Assembly (NCBI GenBank): GCA_018062705.1 | Contig: JAGORQ010000003.1 | Coordinates: forward strand, 2,270 to 66,269 | Direction of reading: 5' to 3' | Length of the DNA: 64,000 nt | Source: Candidatus Shapirobacteria bacterium | GTDB taxonomy: Bacteria > Patescibacteriota > Microgenomatia > UBA12405 | Shown here: one piece after another, positions 59,137 through 64,000 of the stretch | Numbering within the stretch: position 1 is the stretch's first letter | Layout: each line of letters begins with the position of its first letter | Position numbers and translations under genes: made by a program | Notes under the pieces: model-generated | Databases searched by the model: none | What the model was told of the DNA's origin: nothing | What the model saw: only the letters and a program-made list of their open reading frames with translations

Positions 59137-59769
59137 TCATAGCATATTTCAATTTTGACTGCTAGTGATTTCTACCAACAAATAACCTAGAACTTTCAAC
59201 CAAAACGATCTAAAAATATATTTTCCGAAACTCCGCCTATTCCAGCACCTTTCTAATGTCTTTCTCTCTGAGCAAAAACTATATCAGTCTCAAATCCCTA
59301 ACCACCAACAAAACCAATCGACTAAATGCTCGAACTTAACTGGAAATATTTATCTTAGTTAAAACACCTAATAAACGGGACAGTATACCATCATTTAATA
59401 TCAAACTATCTTTACCGCACATAACCGCACAAATAATTTACCAACTGTCGTCTTAAAATACTAATTAGACTAGTTAACATGAGATTGATAGTAGACAAAG
59501 TGCTCGTGTAAACTAAAGTGAAAAATAACCGCAATACTTTTCGGTAAAATTAGTAAGCTATGTATACTATCAAACTACAACAACTTCTACCTCTTTGTTC
59601 CTGCTTGACACCATTTTCCTAATAGTAGATAGTTAATTAATATATTAATTAATTCAGATAAACATGTATAAACTATCTAATTTTGAATCTAAAAGATTAT
59701 TACCGCTATTTGAACGATTAACTCCGTTCTTAATTATTACCGCCGCCTTCGCTTGGCTCTGGAACTAAC

Positions 59770-60192
59770 ATGCTTCAATCTTTTCGCACCTGGCTTATTT
59801 CCAAAAAATACACCGAGTCAACTGTCAAAAACTATGTCACCGATATCAATCGCTATCTTGATTTTGTTGGTCCCAGCTCGAATGTTGCCCACATTTTTTT
59901 AGACTCAGTATTATCAAACTATTTGTCGCAAATATCCTTCGATATTAACTACCCCCGCTACTTAGCATCTCTTAACCAGTTTTGCCAATTTGGCATTTCT
60001 CAAAACATCATTTCCCAAAACCCTCTCAAAAAAGTTAGACACCAAATTGAAGCCACCCCTCAAACCGACCTAAAACATCTTTTAACCGAATTTTCCCAAT
60101 ATTTAATTAAACACAAAAGTTCTGATTCAACTATAAAAAACTACATCAATGATGTTAACTTATATATCAATTGGCTAAACTCTGAATCTTAA
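59770..60192 (+). CDS. N-terminal segment of giant envelope protein: two phage-integrase SAM-like (core-binding) domains
   Basis: TVKNYVTDINRYLDF and TIKNYINDVNLYINWL repeats; ends at TAA 60190-60192 but downstream +1 frame continues. Confidence 0.55.
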   Translation: MLQSFRTWLISKKYTESTVKNYVTDINRYLDFVGPSSNVAHIFLDSVLSNYLSQISFDINYPRYLASLNQFCQFGISQNIISQNPLKKVRHQIEATPQTDLKHLLTEFSQYLIKHKSSDSTIKNYINDVNLYINWLNSES

Positions 60193-60193
60193 A

Positions 60194-63100
60194 GCAATAT
60201 TTAACCAGTCTAATTTTGAAAAGTACCTTCGTCTAAAACAGACAGAGGGTCTTTCGCTCTCCAGTCTAAAACGGAAACAATCTTCGCTCACATCGTTTCA
60301 AAAATTTTTAGTCAAAAAAGGCTATCTTGATCAAATTTCTCCACTCCAAGTTGATCTTCACAAAACCCCAACTTTATCCTCTTTGCCCACCATCAATCCT
60401 CAACCCGCCAAACAATCTTTCTTGACTGGCTATATCCTTACTGCTTTAGTAGCTTTAATTTTCACTGGATTAGGTTTCGGACTTTATTATCAAACAATTG
60501 TCCGTTCTACCAAAAATCTGGCATTTTCAACTGCCGCCTCCCCTGTCCGTCCCGGGCGTATTCTTTCGTTTCAGGGTCGACTTACTGATTCGGCTGGTAA
60601 CCCTATCACCAGCTCTACCGGGATTGTCTTCAAATTGTTCAACAATAGTATTGGCGGTACTGAACTTTACAACTCAAATATTGGCAACAGTCAAACCGTC
60701 GTCCCCGACACCAATGGTATTTTTTCTGTCGTCATAGGTTCAAGTCATGGCACTGAAATCCCCTCTACAGTCTTCTCTGAAAATCAAAACGTCTACTTAG
60801 AAATTACTGCTGGTGGTGAGACCATGAACCCTCGCCAGCCTATCGCCACTGTCGGTTACGCTCTCAACTCAGAAACTTTGCAAGGCCTGCCTCCTTCTGC
60901 TAGCGGTTTAAAAAACACAGTGATGGTCATCGACGGCTCTGGTAATCTTAATCTAGGTGAAACAAGCCCTTCAATAATTTCCAATTCTGGCACTCTAGGT
61001 ATTGAGGGTCAGGCCATGCTTCTAAAAACTGGCTCCGGATCAGCCGGCAATATTACCATTGCCCCTGATGCTGGTGGCCAACTCAATCTATCTTTTGGTA
61101 GTACCTCACCCAGTAACGGCGGTTTAATCAACATTACCAACGCCAATTTTGCTGCCGGTAACATTATCAACGCTAGTATCAACAATGACAATCGTGGTTA
61201 CAACTTTGTCAGTTTTAATAACTATGACGTCGGCACTACCCAAACCGCCTCTCGCTTTTCCGTCGACTCATACGGTAATACTTCAGTTGGTGGCACATTG
61301 ACTTTGTCAGGCACTGCAGTCGGGGTGGGCACCTCCGCCTTGTTTATCGATGCCTCCACTGGAGCAGTTTCTCGTCGGGTACTCGGATCTATGGCTTTTG
61401 ACTCTGGTACTTACGATAATTATCAGCGCTGGATTGCCAATGTCGGTACCAGCAACACCACTATTAGTTCCGGCACCACTCTCTCTTATGCTGCTGGCGC
61501 CGGTCTATCAATCTCACTTATAGGCAATACTCTTACTTTCACCAATACTAGTACCGGCACCACCTACTCCTTTACCAACGGACTAACAAATAATTCCGGA
61601 ATTGTCGGACTCGGCGGCACTTTTACTCAAAACTCTCAAATTGGTACCAGTAATTTTTCTTTGGCATTCCTCGGTTTGGGAAACAGTCTAGGTCTAGCCC
61701 AAAGCTCGTCAGGAAACGTTGGCATCGGCACTTCCAGCCCCTCCCAAAAATTAGACATCAACGGCTCAGTCAGCATTGGTGGATCACTCGCCATCGGCTC
61801 AACCTTTCTCGTAACTAATCTCAATGCCGATTTATTAGACGGACTAAACTCCTCTTCCTTCCTTTACACCGCTGGTACTGGTATCAGTTTGTCTTCCGGT
61901 AATGTCTTCAGTAACATCGGCGTCACCTCCATTCTTGGCACTGCTAATCAAATCACTGCTTCTAATCCTACAGGTGCAGTTACCCTATCTCTACCACAAA
62001 ACATCGATACTGCTGCCAATGTTCAGTTTGGATCACTCTATCTATCTGCATCAGGTATTGGTCTTTCTACTGCTAGCAATGTATCAGTTGGTGGCACGCT
62101 TATCCTTGCCGGTACACCAGTCGGCACCGGAACCACCATTCTTTATATTAATTCAAACAATGAAGTCACTCGAGGTACCTTTGGTCCTTACGAATCACCA
62201 CTAACTTTTCAAAACGGCCTCACCAGATCTACCAACACTATTTCAATTGGAGGAACTTTAACTCAACATACTCAAATTGGCACAAGTAGTTTCGGATTAT
62301 CGTTTCTCGGTTTGGGCAACAGCATCGGTTTATCCCAATCAAGTTCTGGTTGGGTCGGAATCGGCAATTCTTCACCCAACTATCAACTTGATGTTACTGG
62401 TGATGCTGGTATCGGTGGCAACTTAAATGTAGGTGGCACACTAACTCTAGCTGGCACACCAGTTGGAACTGGTACAACCATTCTCTATCTAAATGCCAGC
62501 AATCAAGTTACCAAAGGTGTCTTTGGTCCTTACGACAATTACCAACGATGGGTATTGTCAAATTCCGGCACCCAAGCAAACATTACTACTGGTGTTACCT
62601 TAGCAATTGGGTCAGGTGGAGGTATCAATACTTCTCTGGTTGGCACTTCACTTACTGTAATTAATACAGGTGTTACCAACATCTTTGGCACTGCCAATCA
62701 GATAACTGCTTCCGGTTCAACTGGGGCCATCACTCTTTCTTTACCCCAAAATATTGACACCGCCGCCTCAGTCCAATTTAGTTCCTTATCTCTATCATCA
62801 ATTGGTACGGGTTTGTCTACCGCCGGCGGTCTCCGCGTCGGTACTTCACTTAGTACAGCTGGTAACTTAACAATTGGCGGTACCCTAAATCTTTCCAACA
62901 CCAATACAGTTGTCTCAACCGGGACTACTGCACTATTAATCGACACTAGTGGCAATATTAGCAAAAGAATGCTTGGCTCCATGGCCTTTGATTCTGGCAC
63001 TTATGACAACTATAACAATTGGGGACTCCGAAATAATAGTGGTGCTACTACACCAGTCACCTCTGGGTTAAGTGTTAACTTTGTTAATGGTGTTGGTATC

Positions 63101-64000
63101 TCAATTTCTCAAATTGGTACCTCTATTTCCTTTGCCAACATTGGTGTCACCTCCATTCTTGGTACAGCTAATCAAATAACCGCTAGTAATCCTACCGGTG
63201 CAGTTACTCTCTCTCTACCTCAAAACATTGATACTGCTGCCAATGTTCAGTTTGGCTCCTTAGCTTTATCATCTGCTGGTATCGGGCTGTCTACTGCTGG
63301 TGCGGTTAGAATTGGAACTTCATTGACGGTTGGCTCCAATTTATCAGTCGGTGGCAGTGTTACCTTATCCTCCCTACCGGTTGGTGTTGGCACCTCAATT
63401 GTTTACATTAACTCTTCAGGAGTCTTGACCCAAGGATTTTTTAACACTGGAGTCGGCACAACTTATGCATTCCAAAACGGCCTGAACGATCCCGGAACTC
63501 ACATCATCGGACTCGGTGGCACCTTAACTCAACACTCCCAGATTGGTACTAGCAACTTCACTCTCTCATTTTTAGGTTTAGGCAATACACTTGGTCTGTC
63601 AATTGGTCCAAGTGGTTTTGTCGGTATTGGCACCTCTTCACCTACCCAAAAACTCGATGTGAATGGCAACGTTGATATTGGAGGTACACTCTTTCTCACC
63701 GCCACCCCTGTTGGTACCGGCACTTCAGCCTTATTTATCGATGCTTCAACTGGAACTGTCTCTCGTCGAGTTCTGGGTACCATGGCCTTTGATTCTGGCA
63801 CTTATGACAATTACAACAATTGGGGTCTCCGAAGTAATAGTGGTGCTACTACACCAGTCACCTCTGGGTTAAGTGTTAACTTTGTTAATGGTGTTGGTAT
63901 CTCAATTTCTCAAATTGGTACCTCTATTTCCTTTGCCAACATTGGTGTCACCTCCATTCTTGGCACTGCTAATCAAATCACTGCTTCTAATCCTACAGGT
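60194..64000 (+). CDS. giant repetitive surface protein (continues beyond window): third SAM-like domain, TM helix, then Gly/Thr/Ser-rich repeats; likely continuous with 59770-60192 via +1 frame break
   Basis: Frame open from stop at 60176-60178 to window end with no stop (more than 1260 codons); encodes FEKYLRLKQTEGLSLSSLKRKQSSLTSFQKFLVKKGYL before any start codon; TM GYILTALVALIFTGLGFGLYY. Confidence 0.6.
63007..63215. repeat. about 200-bp near-identical intragenic repeat (second copy 63803-64000; related copy 61905-62025)
   Basis: Direct comparison shows more than 90 percent identity over about 200 bp. Confidence 0.8.

Noticed and set aside
59770-64000. Diversity-generating retroelement explanation for the near-identical repeats in the giant gene
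   Set aside because: No reverse transcriptase ORF or template/variable-repeat pair with adenine-specific differences visible in the window; the repeats look like ordinary tandem module duplication.

Overview
This is an AT-rich bacterial chromosomal segment with compact, mostly co-directional gene blocks. Recognisable housekeeping genes are nrdR-nrdJ with a PduO-type cobalamin adenosyltransferase, secE-nusG-rplK-rplA, rplJ-rplL, pyrG, ruvA/ruvB/ruvC, murB, mreB, leuS, an M16 peptidase, comEA plus a split comEC, and tRNA-Pro(CGG) and tRNA-Arg(CCT). Many small hypothetical and toxin-antitoxin genes, winged-helix regulators and surface proteins suggest a reduced-genome, possibly CPR/Patescibacteria-like organism; that taxonomic guess is inference only.

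The most unusual signals, in rough order of interest:
- **In-frame repeats in essential genes.** 7-bp tandem repeats (ATTGAAG, TTTCTAG, TAATTAG/TAATTCG, CTTAAAT and others) fill intergenic regions and are also inserted in-frame, apparently as 21-nt multiples, inside many housekeeping genes. Two GC-rich hairpin elements are likewise found in-frame in nrdJ, pyrG and leuS and at the C-terminus of the PduO-like gene.
- **Accessory island in the r-protein cluster.** About 9.6 kb carrying three toxin-antitoxin pairs and other genes is inserted between rplA and rplJ, and three small Cys-containing ORFs are wedged between nusG, rplK and rplA.
- **tRNA 3'-end repeats.** Both tRNA genes are followed by tandem duplications of their own 3' ends, next to a GC-rich structured element and a 650-bp ORF-free region.
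- **Surface-protein cluster.** Signal peptides in this cluster are literally encoded by CTTAAAT heptamer repeats. One gene has lost its signal peptide to an in-frame stop, and a four-helix-bundle gene cassette bounded by 22-bp inverted repeats interrupts the cluster.
- **Giant repetitive envelope protein.** Its N-terminus carries three integrase SAM-like domains, followed by a TM helix and more than 1,100 aa of near-identical repeats; the N-terminal ORF and the rest are separated by a +1 frame break.
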